Assembly: GCA_002269645.1 (NCBI GenBank)
Contig: NIVC01003805.1
Span: 12,133 to 76,132, forward strand
Direction of reading: 5' to 3'
DNA: 64,000 nt
Source: Macrostomum lignano
Taxonomy: Eukaryota
Below the pieces are notes generated by a model. The model was not told where the DNA came from and searched no databases. It worked only from the letters and a program-made list of their open reading frames with translations. The number at the start of each line of letters is the position of its first letter. The first letter of the stretch is position 1. Of this stretch, positions 10,877-22,299 are shown piece by piece. The position numbers and the translations under genes were made by a program.

Positions 10877-11154
10877 GTTGCGCAGTGTGCAGATAGAGCT
10901 GGAACAGAGATTGGGGTGAGGTGTTTGTTAGTTTCTTGTAGAGGTTTAAAATATCGTTTTCGCTTTACTTATAATGCTAAAGCCACCCAAGCTACTTCCC
11001 TCCTCGTATCTGCCGCAGAAAAACAAATTGACTAGAACTCTAACAGTTTAGCAAGATTAGTAGTAGACCAAGTTTTCGCTGTCGCTATATTTGGTCAAAT
11101 CACGGCATAGCGCACACTCATCAATACTTGGTTTAAAAAAGTCAAAGCGATAGA

Positions 11155-14100
11155 TTAGTTCAACCGCCAGTGGCCGTAGGGTAGAGAGGCGAGCGCGCCC
11201 AGCCAAGCACGTTTCGTGTCGAAAGAGCTTAGGGCTAGCTTGCGATGCTCGAGCAAAAAGACAACTTGTTTTTGCGAACTGAAGCGTCGCTGCTGAACGT
11301 AGTAGAGGCTTCTCTCGTTAACAGTTCTTACATACTCAGTATGCTTAATCTGTCGGGCAACCGTCTTCGTCACCCCCTTGCAGCGCGACAGTTGTTGCAC
11401 AACTTCATTGGCCCTCAAAAAAGAGTAGTTCTTGGGCCGCAGAAACGCCAGCTCGATAGCCAGCTGCCCGCCGAATTCATCCTTCCACGCCATCAGCCGA
11501 CCCTTGTGTCTGTCAGTGTAGAGAGGATGGTTCTTCGGGTAGTTGCTGGTGTCCAAAAGGCCTTGCTGCACAAAGTCCTTAAAAATAGTGTCGTACGGGG
11601 TTTCTCCCGACTTGCGCATCACCAGGGCCATCATCAGACTGTCGGTATCGCCAGCGAGGACGCGCGCGCACTCCAGAGAGCTGTGCGCCTGAACGTGACT
11701 GTAATAAAAGTCATAGACAATTGTCTTAGCAATATCGAGAATTGCGGCGCCAATGATGATCGGCTTGTTTAGCGTAACTTTTCTTGGAGCGAGATTAACT
11801 CCCGAGAGATTTTCAGAGTAGATTACAACATCTTGGAAGCGTTCCATACTGACCAGCGTCTCCAGCTTCTCTGGGTCGGAGCACATTCGAAAGTTCATTC
11901 GGTCGCGCACGCGCTGAAGAAACTTCCCGAAGAGCGAATTGTTGAGTAACTTAAAAAATCTTTTTCGAAATCCCCCGTGGCCGCTTTTCGCCTCTCAATG
12001 TTGCGCTCGATGTAAGAGCGCAAGATCGAGCGTTCGGTGAAGACAAGCACTCGGCGAATTCGTGGCACGCGCAGTCCCAACTCCAGATAGAGGCGCAGAG
12101 CTCTGTAGTGCACCACATAGTCTTTTTTGTGCACCAGCGAAGCGATTAGCTTTTTCGTAGGGCTTTTGAATAGGCTGACCTCCTCGTATGAGGTTGCGTT
12201 AGCGCTGCGATTCGGAATCATCTGCCGCTGTAGTAGTAGCCAGTCTTGTCGTTGAGTTCTTGTCAGCCAGCTCTCAGTCACAGTTTCGTGACCTAAAGCC
12301 AAGGGCAAATCAGCAGTGGAGTCGTGCAGAAAATTTGGATAGTAGAGATCCACCGTGAACAGGGCGCCCCGGTCTGCCGAACAGAAATTACAAATCCAGT
12401 CCAGCAGCTTGCTCCTCACTGACGGATCCTCGAGTTCATCGGCGGACAGTCCATTGTCGCACGGAACGGACCGGATTTCTTGCAAAGTCATCCACTTGAA
12501 ATCAGCACAAGGCATGGGATGAACCATGCATGTTGAATAGAGTGAATTTTCATTCAGATAAACAAGAAAAGTGTTTGCCGGAGCGTTTTTCCGCAACTGC
12601 GCAAACTCCGGTTCTTTCTCGTCAAGCTGGCAGCGGAAAGGTTCTACGAGCGGATTATTTGCAGTCGTCAGGTGCCGTGTACCAAAACTGAAGCCGCCAC
12701 GAACCGAACGTTCGATTTCGCGGTACATGTCCGCATCAGTGACTAACTAAATAGGCTCCTGAAGAGTTAGTAGGCAGCTGGCGAGGCTGTACATTGGCGC
12801 ACCCAAATAGTGGGCCGCGTCAATGCTGTATTCCTCCAGGCCGGTTTTACGGAAAGCCTCGAACACATCCGCCAGAAGCAGCACGTCCAAAGACAGATAT
12901 GCTGTTGTGTAGTCCCGCAGGCTGCGGCAACCGAATTCTTGCCAGCTTTTTTCGGCCCGGGCGTAGTCCTCGAGCGAGCAGGGCTCCTCCCTCAGGTGGT
13001 CAAAAAACGCCTCTCTGGGTGGGAGACGCGTAACTGAATCTATTTTCTCAAAAGAATCCGCAAATGAGTACGGATAGACTCCTTTTTGCAACAGAGTCGT
13101 TTCGCTCGGACCGGGATAGAACTTTAGAAGCTCCCTTGTACAGATGAGTTGATCTGGTTGAAGGCGCCCTGCCAGGCTCGCCAGGCTTGACGGTAAATAG
13201 GCAAATGAGTCTTTGAAACAAATTTCAAACCACGTCTCGTCAATCCCATCCGTGCTGGTGCTGCCTCACTGCAGTCGAAACTTAATGGAAAATGTTTTAA
13301 ACCGCTCACGGTTTTCCGGCAAGACATTCAACCGAATGTCCTTGCTGGTGCCTGAGAAAGTCTCGTAGATCTCTCGAATGATAAATTTCGAATCGAAATT
13401 TTTCAGGTTATGCATAAAAACTGTTATTTTTCGGCGTTGTAAACTTAGTTTTTGATTGCAAGAGCAACATAAAACAGCACGAGGACGGCCTGTCAAATGG
13501 CAGTGATCCAAAACAGCTTGATCTTCTTCTTCTCCGGGTCCGAACTCCCGCAAACACAACTGGCAATTTGTCGCTGCCTGCAGCACAAGTCTTCGTGCGG
13601 GAAGAAACTTTCTCATCAGTGGTTTGTGGAGTTCTAGCCGTCCATAGTGCCTGATTTCCGAAGCTAGTTGGCGTAATTTTAGAAGAAACTGGCTCACGCA
13701 ATTGAGCCCGGCCGAGCTCTGACTAGAATACAGCACCTCACACGGCTTTCCAGCGCAATAGGAAGGCAGCTTGCTTATGAAGTCTTGCGGCTGGGTAACC
13801 AATCTGTAGCCCAGGCAGAGTGGTACGAGTACTTCTCGCACAATACCGCTGCCAAGTTTGGGAACCGGGTGACCGGCTGCAGCCGCCTGTTCCGGACTCA
13901 TTGCAATCGTTTCTAGATCTGAATAAATAACAAATAAAGCAGGTAGTCGAGTCTCATCGGCTGTGAAGCGCACAAAAGCCTCCTCTTTAGCTGGCATTTC
14001 TTCACGCGGAACAAAGCGGATCTCGCGAAACTGACCCTCCGGTTCAGACTGCCATACACAGCCCCTTGGTTGAGCTGCAGGCTCGGTTGGAGGCACGGAC

Positions 14101-15305
14101 GTGCCAGTACAGCAGTGCTCGTTCAAGATGAAGTCCCAGGACACAGTGTGATTAAATGGCGCTAAACAGTTGGGACAGAAACGCCGTCGCCGCGTGTTAG
14201 AACTTAGCAGGCTTTGCAAATTCTTGATAGGCACATAGTGCCCAAACTTGAAGCTTGAATAAGGTGGTATGAACAGGCAATTTGCCGTGTAGATAGCTTC
14301 TGGTGTTTTTTTCGAAAAAAACAAGCTAGCAGATTTGCTTTTGTGATCCCAGACAAACATGCGTAAGCCAAGAGTGGGATTTTTTCTCAGAAAATTGTTG
14401 TAGCTGTGTGCATTGTGCCGTTTAGGACCGGATGGATTTCGACCGAAATCGAAAACTTGCAACCATCGCTTGTAGCTGGCTCGTCTAGCCGGTCGGGCCA
14501 CATCTTTTTGAAAGACGCTTGCTACTACAGCATAGCAAAAACAATCCTGCTGGTTCGCATTGTTGGGTTTTAGAAGTAGCACAGATCCAGCTTTTCTCGC
14601 CAGTGACAGCGGAATTTTGAAAGGTGTGGCCGCCGCCGCCGCGGGTGCTCCAGCTCCTGCACCGCGCTGTACAGACGCTCTCGCACGAGAGCGTCTGTAC
14701 AGGGCGAGTAAAAAATCAACCTGTTCCACCGCCTCGAGATGCCAATTGCTGCCTTGTTTTTGAAAATGTTCCAGTCGAGTGACAAGATCGCCAACAGCGC
14801 GCAAAAACCACTGGTTAAAGGCGTCGGGCGAAAGAAGAGCTCCAGCAGCAGCAGCAGACTCTTCGTCAATTGTTATCGTGAAGATATTGGTATTGAAATA
14901 AACTGAAATCTCGTGTTGTTGCAGCGGTGGCTGGTCGGCATCACTAGCAGCAGCAGCTGCTGGCATCAGACGACTTAGCTTACACTTTAAATGAATGCAA
15001 GTTCGCATTAGTAGATCTGGCTGCAGTAACATACTGAAAAGTCTGTAGATCGGCTGTTGAAGTGAAGCGAGCACCTCAGAGATCCCGTTGTTGTTGTCGT
15101 TGCCAGTGCCGTCAGCAGTGGGAATAAATTTTAGAAAATTAGCTCTTCCATGCAGCGCTGATTCTTCCAGAGCCGCATTCCAGCCACTAGGCGGATCGCT
15201 AATCAACGATTCCAGAGGGTGAAAACAAGCACCGTGCGAATGCGCATGCAGTGCTGCCTGGGTTCCGAATCGTTTGCCGCAAACGCGGCACTGAATCCGT
15301 GGCAT
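11155..15305 (-). pseudogene. Protein-primed family B DNA polymerase (pPolB) with N-terminal C2H2 finger and endonuclease VII-like insert; 2 frameshifts, 1 stop
   Basis: VIYSDLET (Exo I), DHCHLTG..LCCSCN (EndoVII-like), HNLKNFDSKFII (Exo II), KGVYPY, RGG, YLNENSLY (motif A, Asp to Asn), KLLNNSLFGK (motif B, shifted frame), GDTDS (motif C), LRPKNY. Confidence 0.93.
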
Positions 15306-15522
15306 TTGCCGTCGACGAGCTGTAATTTAAGTATTACATGAGTTAATTAGAAGCAGGAAACTTTCTTTCTACTAATACAAGTAGTAAAAAATTAACTTGA
15401 ACGCCGATTTGGTTTCATTATTTGACAATAATGAAATGATGGTTGCAAATTTTTTTTTCTTTCAGAGTAGTCGACTCAGTATGCACAAATTAAATATTCA
15501 AGAATTAAGCTTTGATTTCACA

Positions 15523-17108
15523 TCACTGCCTCGATAAAACCGCCACTAGGCGGTGCAAGGCTCGCTGGTGACGCGATGATGTGTTCCTTATTACCCGACT
15601 TTTGGAAATCAAAGAACACTCACTTCTAGCTCAATAGCTAGGCAACCCAGTAAGTCAACAGAAGGTATTCGATTACATTGAGTCCTTTGGAGATCTCTCG
15701 GAGTAGCTCTCGATTGTTTTCAGTTGCTCTCGTATAGTCACTTCTGACTTTCGTTTGTAGATCGGGTCCGATTCTTCTTTCTTCTTCAAATAGTTCCGGC
15801 CGGATTCTGTCGCTCGGACCAATGGGAAGCTTCCGAATTAACAATGGGATCCCTGCGCCAAACTGCGGTCTAAATTAAGCCTCCTTCCTCTAGCAGTGCC
15901 TCTATGCACTCTAGGTATAGCTCCGGAAACCACTGATAGTCTTCTAAGATCTATCAGGGGCAGTCCTTCTTGAGACTGCAACCAATGGAGTCTAAACAGA
16001 CTCAAGAGTCTCAACAGACTCAAATAGACTCAAGTCTCAATAGACTTGAGCGAGACGTCTCTAACACAACAGGCGCAAATAAGGAAGGCTCACCGCAACA
16101 ACTTGACCGAGTCTCGATTGACTTGGTATATCAGGAAGTCCTCCTAAGGCTTCCTCTTCGGAGCGCTCCTCTTCCGTGGGGAGAATGACTCCGGTACCGC
16201 TTCAGATCGCTTGTATTTATAGGCAACTTTTTGTTCCAAAATAGCATCATTACAATTCTCGTGTTGCGCTAAAAGGGGAAAATGGCTCATGGCGTATTAT
16301 TCTGGTAACATCTTTTTCTGGTAGCGTGATTCATTCAAAGCTTAGGCGCACATGCGTGTACTTACCTACTTATAGTAGTATTATACGATTATCTTCTTTT
16401 TTCTGTTTTTGCGGGAGGCAGAACACTCTACAGCGAGCCTTGCACCAGGTCGCGCACCAGCCGGCTCAGATCTTCGACTGTTGATGATTCTGTAACCCTC
16501 AGTTGAACCACAAACCCGTAGCTTGGGAATGTGGCTTGCTGCGCCGCAGCCAGCCCTTGAAGATAGGCCAGGTCGATGTTGGCTTCTTCAGGCCGATTTC
16601 GTTGGCGAATGCGCTGCAGTGCCAGCTCCGGGTCGATTTCAAGGTACACCAGAGTGCAATCCTCTCGAGGTGTAACTGTCTTTGTCTTCTTTTCTAAGAC
16701 CTGCAGCTGATTAACGAGAATTGCTTGCTGGGTACCATTCAAACGCCCTTGATGTTTTAGATGCGTTAAAAATGCATAGCAGCTGCCCAGGTGTCGGTCT
16801 GCCACAATAAACCGATGCGTGCCTTTTGCAGCGATTTTGCGGAGCTTCATGTCGCGTCTCACCATCTCGTGCGACACATGGACTTGAAATTCAAAAGCGG
16901 ACAAGTCACCATCGTAAAACTGCTGCAGCAGATTCTGCAGATTCTGCTTTCGGTAGTATTCCACCGGCTCCCGAGCAAACTCGTACACTCCACTCCAGCA
17001 TTCCAGCCGAGCCATCAGAGCCAGATTGCGGACAAGGGAAGGCTTCCCCGCCCCAATTAGACCTTCGATCACGTAAGTTCGAGTCTGAGCACGGATTTGA
17101 GCGGCCAT
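15523..17108 (-). pseudogene. Deoxynucleoside kinase (dNK family), interrupted near its 3' end by solo LTR 3
   Basis: VIEGLIGAGK P-loop, REPV, LLQQFYD, ADRH..S, YLEIDPELALQRIRQRNRPEEANIDLAYL; continues after the LTR to TGA at 15523-15525. Confidence 0.88.
15577..16432 (-). mobile_element. Solo LTR 3 (856 bp), 4-bp TSD GCGA
   Basis: GCGA at 15573-15576 and 16433-16436; same termini as LTR 1. Confidence 0.92.
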
Positions 17109-17124
17109 TTGCTGAAATGAATAA

Positions 17125-17685
17125 TTAAATGAATGCTTGGGGCAAATGTTGGAAAACCTTCAACACTTGCTTCAGTTCCTCGAAATTTTGAGGACCTCAG
17201 ACTATAAATTTCCGACTAAAGAACAGGTTCAGGAACAGCCTCGGGTTGCACTGAAGCCTGCAGGAGATTGCCATAGGGAAATTTTCCTTATCCATGCTTA
17301 AACGATAGCCGCTCTCCAACTTCAGTGTAGTGGTATCCGAAAACAGGGACTCCAGGAGGGGAGTGCGGACAGATGAGTCTAGGCCTACCGCATAAGTACT
17401 TGTCTGCACACACACAGACTCATAGTCTAATCCACCGCTGCATAGCTCGTTTATGAAGCACAGGAACCTTACTGCTTGGATTTTAGAATCGGCACCAAAA
17501 ATTGTTACTTTCCCATTGGGATATAGCTGAACAGAACAAACACAAAAGCGGGTTTTAAGCATCGAAGGTCGCCCACGATAGAGTTTCGCCTCTCGCTGGG
17601 CAGAAATTAGCTTAGACTTTAACAGATCCAGCTGCCCGCCTGGTGGAGTGACTAATCGAGCCCCCACTACATGTTGCAGCTGTCT
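17125..17685 (-). pseudogene. TATA-binding-protein-like gene (two TBP repeats), premature TGA at 17197-17199, probable splice acceptor at 17686
   Basis: RQLQHVVG ~ PQLQNIVS; SVQLYPNGKVTIFGADS ~ TALIFSSGKMVCTGAKS; KENFPMAISCRLQCNPRLFLNLFFSRKFIV*G ~ PELFPGLIYRM..PRIVLLIFVSGKVVLTG. Confidence 0.72.
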
Positions 17686-17780
17686 CTGGAAGAGACAAGG
17701 AACAAGAAAAACACATTTCTTGATTTCTGTAAAACAATGATATGTTACACGTTTATTTGACTTGCATTTGAACTTCAACT

Positions 17781-17908
17781 CAAGGACTACTTAACAACAC
17801 AGGACGGTACACTTGCAAATATTGGCAGAATTCTAACATGCCGCTTTGAATGTATCTGTCTTTGGATATTTTGCAAGTGTAACGTCCTGTGTTGTTAAGT
17901 AGTCCTCG
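17781..17908. mobile_element. 128-bp hairpin MITE, CAAGGAC ends, 8-bp TSD (CTTCAACT / CTTCAAAT)
   Basis: About 40-bp inverted repeats; TSD 7/8 identical at 17773-17780 and 17909-17916. Confidence 0.75.
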
Positions 17909-18251
17909 CTTCAAATTTTGGTTAAAAAAATAGCGCGGGTTAACTAGTTTTCAGACTAGCTAGCTTTCTGACTAACTAGCCAGGCAAAAATCAATGGTCA
18001 AGCATTTAGCTAGGACCATAACAATAGTTCATTTTTGTTTTTCTTGGTTTTGAAGAAGTCACTAAAGCGCCCGATCTAAGCTGATGCTTTTCAGGTAAAA
18101 GCGCCAAAGGGCGGTGACAAATCGCGGTCCTCCACTAAGTCATCAGTTTCCTCCTCCGAGCCGTCAGCAGAAGCTGAAACCGGGCTCTGCGGGGCTCGCA
18201 TTCTTGGCTTTGTGGGCGCTTTTCGCCCAGACGGACGACTCACGAGCTGCT

Positions 18252-20205
18252 CTATCGGCGGCTTGCAGACCTCCATGAGGTCCTGCGCAATCGCTTCAAC
18301 GATACATATTTGAGTCCGAGCTGGCAGCAGCAGAGGGGGCCTTCCGCTTGCGAATCCGCGGCAACTTCTTCGGCTGCGCATGGTCCTGTCAGCCAGATAT
18401 CATCAGTCTGCTGGCTGACCGTCTTTGTCAACGGCTGTTGGTGGATGTGGTTTTCTTGAGTCAGCGTCCGGGTGAGTTGAGGTAGAAATATCTCAACCGG
18501 GAGTTGATCAGGTGATGGTTTCAACTTGGAGGCGTGCGTGACCATTGGTGGAGCATTCAGCTTGTTGATGTCCTGTATTAGAGCGTTCTGCGGTGATACC
18601 CACTTAAGGAGACGGAACGGTCCTCGATAAGGGTTAGAAAACTTTGAGGCTTTTTGTCTGGAGATCTCTAGGTAGCAGCGAGAACCAGGTTGTAGTCGGT
18701 AAGTCGTTTTGTGGAGTCTCCTCATTATGTCGTTGGGCTCGCTCCTCTGCAGTAGCGTGGAGGTAATGGAGCGCGACATCTCGAGCCAGAGTAATGCTGG
18801 AGCAAATGGTTTCCAATGGTTTTATGTTTTTGGAGTAAACAGAGATCTGGTGATCAAGGATTCGCGTGCTCGGAGCTTGGTGATTCGCGCATCACAGTGT
18901 GGCTGCAGTGTTGAGGGCGAGCGTCACTGCCGGTAGGTGCTCTATCCATTTGTCTGGCTGGTCGTGCACGAACGTGGTGAGTGCCTGCTTCAGTGTTCGG
19001 TGCGCTCTTTCGACGAAGTTGCTTGACGGCTGATAGTAGGAGGTATAGATTAGTTTAATTCCGAGGGCTGCCATATAGTCTCTGAATTCCGTAGAGATGA
19101 ACTGTGGTCCGTTGTCTAGGATGATGTTAGCAGGTATGCCAGCGAGTGCGAAGACATGGCGAAATAGGTGTTCACACACCGTTGACGATGTTGTGTCAGC
19201 TAGTGGGATTGTGAAGAGAAATTTGCTAACTCCGCATTGTGCCGTCAAGATGTACTTGTAGACGTCTCGCTGATGGTGTGCAGATGGTATCGGACCGACC
19301 AGGTCGATGGCTAGGTGTGAGAAGACGTTAGCGAACTTAACTGCTCTGAGTTCAGGGTGGACTTTTCGACCAGGTTTCGCTCGATGGCAGATTTCACATT
19401 TCTTGACGTAGTCCATGGTGTCATTGTAACAGTTCGGCCAGTAGTAGTATCGAGAGAGCCGGAACCAGGTTTTTTCAAAACCGAGGTGGCCGCCAAACGG
19501 TGATCTGTGACTCTCATTTAGTAGGGCCTGCTGATATTCGGTTGGGATTACTAGTCGCAGGTTGGAATTGCCCTTTGCTGACTCATAGTAGAGTGTTTCG
19601 TTCGCGTAATGGTAATTGTCAATGTGTTTCCGTACATATCTCAGGTCTCTCTTTGGTAAGGTTTGCGACTGGTCCTCACCATCTCCGCTCAATAGAAAAA
19701 TTATTGTGGCATATAGCAGTGATTGTTTGACGGCTTCCCGAAGTTTTTGAAACGTGGGGATCGGATGCAGCAGTTGTACCTCCGGAATTCGCGATAGGCA
19801 ATCGGCAACGGTATTCGCCTCTCCGGTAATGTACTTGAGTGTAAACTGATAATCCTGTAGGTATAGAATCCATTTTTGTAATCGCCGGGACAGTGGTTGT
19901 TTGTCAGCGAAAAGCGATTGCAGCGGCTGGTGATCAGAGTAGATGGTGAACGGCTGGTAAGAGGCATACAAGAAGACATGGAGTTTCTTGATCGCCCAAT
20001 AGATCGCATAGGCTTCTCGTTCGATTGCCGAGTATCGTTGTTCAGTGGCCGATAGTGTCTTCGAGATGTAGGCCACAGGTTGTTGGTGTCCTTCGGAGTC
20101 TACTTGGGAGAGTACAGCGCCGATAGCCGTATCCGAGGCGTCAGTGTGGAGGACATACGGCTTGTAAGGGTCCGGGTGGACTAGTCGGATGTCGGTGGTG
20201 AGCAT
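18252..20205 (-). pseudogene. Gypsy RNase H and integrase
   Basis: LHTDAS, EREAYA, SDHQPL, VADCLSR; HRSPFGGHLG..C..C (HHCC); IDLVGP, DNGPQF, ERAHRTLK (DDE); YRGPF (GPY/F). Confidence 0.93.
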
Positions 20206-21222
20206 ATTTTTCGAAGTAGATCGAATGCTGACTGCTGTTCCTTGTTCCAGATTATCTTTTTCGTCTTGGATGCGTTTCGCAGGGCGTTGAGCAGTGGTGC
20301 GACTATTGTGGAGTATCCCTTGATGTGCGTTCGATAGAAGTTCGCCATTCCTAGAAAAGATTGTAGTTGTTTCACTGTCGTTGGGATCGGAAATTTGTTG
20401 ATTTTCTCAACCAGGGATGGTGCTGGTCTGATTCCGTCTTCAGAGACTTGAAAACCAAGATATTGAACTTCCGGTTTCGCAAAGACACATTTTCGAAGTG
20501 AAATTCAAAGTCCATGTTGTCTCAGTTTGTGTAGGAAGTGTTCGAGCTCAACCATCATGCCGTTAAAGTCTCCAGAGATTAGCAGTATGTCATCCAGATA
20601 TGCGATTAGGTTTGGTGAGTCCGCAGTTAGTAGCGAGACGAGACGACACATGATGCTTGGGCTTGATTTGAGACCTTGCGGAAGTCTATTGAATTGCCAA
20701 AGAAGTCCGTTTGGCGCAATGAAGGCTGTGTACTTTGAGCTCTGTGGATCCAGTCGAACTTGATAGAAAGCGTCGGCAAGGTCACAGAGAGAGAGAACAG
20801 TTTTGCGCTTCTCAGCCGGTGTAGTAGGTCAGGTATTTTCGGAGGTCGTATGCTTGGCGTGCTAATGATCTTGTTCAATCTGCGGAAGTCGGCAACGAGG
20901 CGGAGTTGTCGTCGGCCTTGTTCATCGAGTGTTTTCTTTTCGACAAGTAGACATGGGCTGGAGTATTCGGATTCACTCGGGCTGAGGATGCCTTTCCGGA
21001 CGAAGTTGTTTATTAGCTCGTCAAAGCGCTCCTGTAGGCCATGTGCGATTGGGAATGGCCGTGACGTGATTGGGTCCGAATGCGGGTGGACACTAATTTT
21101 GGCTGTGTATTGTGTCGTGCAGCCCATATCGGTTGGCAGGAGGGCCAGTGTGTCACGAAATCGGGATAGAACTTCAACCACTTGTTTCCGTTGGTCCGGT
21201 GATAAGTGTTGATTCTGCTTAT
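20206..21222 (-). pseudogene. Gypsy reverse transcriptase, frameshifted
   Basis: SPCLLV..RLVADFRRLN; DLADAFYQ; RLPQGL; YLDD at 20600-20589. Confidence 0.93.
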
Positions 21223-21639
21223 CTAGTTGTTTTCTGATAAGGTTTTCGTCGCTTTTGTCAAATCAGGTGTGACATCCAAGGCGTTGATTTCTGTTGTGGC
21301 TGGCGCTGAGGCTAGCGTATAGTCTGCTGGGTCTGATAGTGCGCCGAGATGAGTTCGGGCATATAGCGTTACGGGTTGAAGTGTCGGGTTTGAAATCTGA
21401 AGCAGTATTGAGCGTCCGGTTTTGTCAGTCTGGCATAATGATGCTGCTAGTAGTAGCTTGTAGCGTTGCATCGTATGGTCCTTTGGTATAAATAGGACTG
21501 GCTGTAGCGGTGTGCCAGGTGTGGATAGTTCGGCTGACACCCACGTTGTTGTCTGTGCTGGGATGTGGGTGGCTTTCGGAAGTTGGACGTTGACTGTGTT
21601 CGCTGGAACAGTCATCGTACTGAGCATCGGAAATGTCGT

Positions 21640-21960
21640 ACCATCGATTAGGGCTTCCGATTTGTTATAGTCGATCGTTAGTGGTATATTGAGCGTCTTG
21701 AAGGTCTCTACTCCGAGGATGAGATCATATTCTTTGGACATGTTGTCCAGAACGAAGGCAGACATTTTGTGTTCCTTTGAGCCAATCAGTATGCGGAAGC
21801 TGGCTTCTTTCTTAATGTGGATCAGCTGTCCGCCTGCACATTGCACGTGAAGTGAGTGTGGTGTGATCTTGGCGTTCAGTTTCTGTGCAAAAGTCGGTGA
21901 GATGCAACTAATTGAGGCGCCGCTGTCGATGAGAGCCGTGCATTTGTGTCTTGTCGCTGG
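21640..21960 (-). other. Retropepsin (aspartic protease) domain within the Env-Pol ORF
   Basis: ALIDSGASISCI (DSG at 21927-21919) and DLILGVET flap-side motif. Confidence 0.9.
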
Positions 21961-22299
21961 AGGCATAGTGCACCATAGTGTTATCAACGTGCGCGTGGTG
22001 AGATGTTTTAGGACGGTGTTGTATGCGATCGGCCATGGAGGAACCGGTGGTTTAGGCGCTGGTAGTGGTTTCCTCGTTGTCGTAGAAGGTGTTGGTGTTG
22101 GTTCGGTCTGCTGTGCTGTCGAGGTTATTTCGATTGGCGGTGCTGACGGGGCGGCCGGCGGAGCCCGTCGTGGCGGTGATGAGTTTAATAGTACCATTGG
22201 TATTTGGTTTGGAGCTCGAGTGGGTGAGGATGCATGGTGCCGTCTATTCCTTGGGCTATCTGTTGTTCGGAGGACCATCAGACGGTGCGTACGTCCGTA

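Larger units (their letters stand above)
8576..17780 (-). mobile_element. Polinton/Maverick element B fragment (TBP-like, dNK, pPolB, dUTPase, ATPase, penton), decayed
   Basis: Co-oriented - strand cluster of Polinton core genes plus nucleotide-metabolism and transcription genes. Confidence 0.85.
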
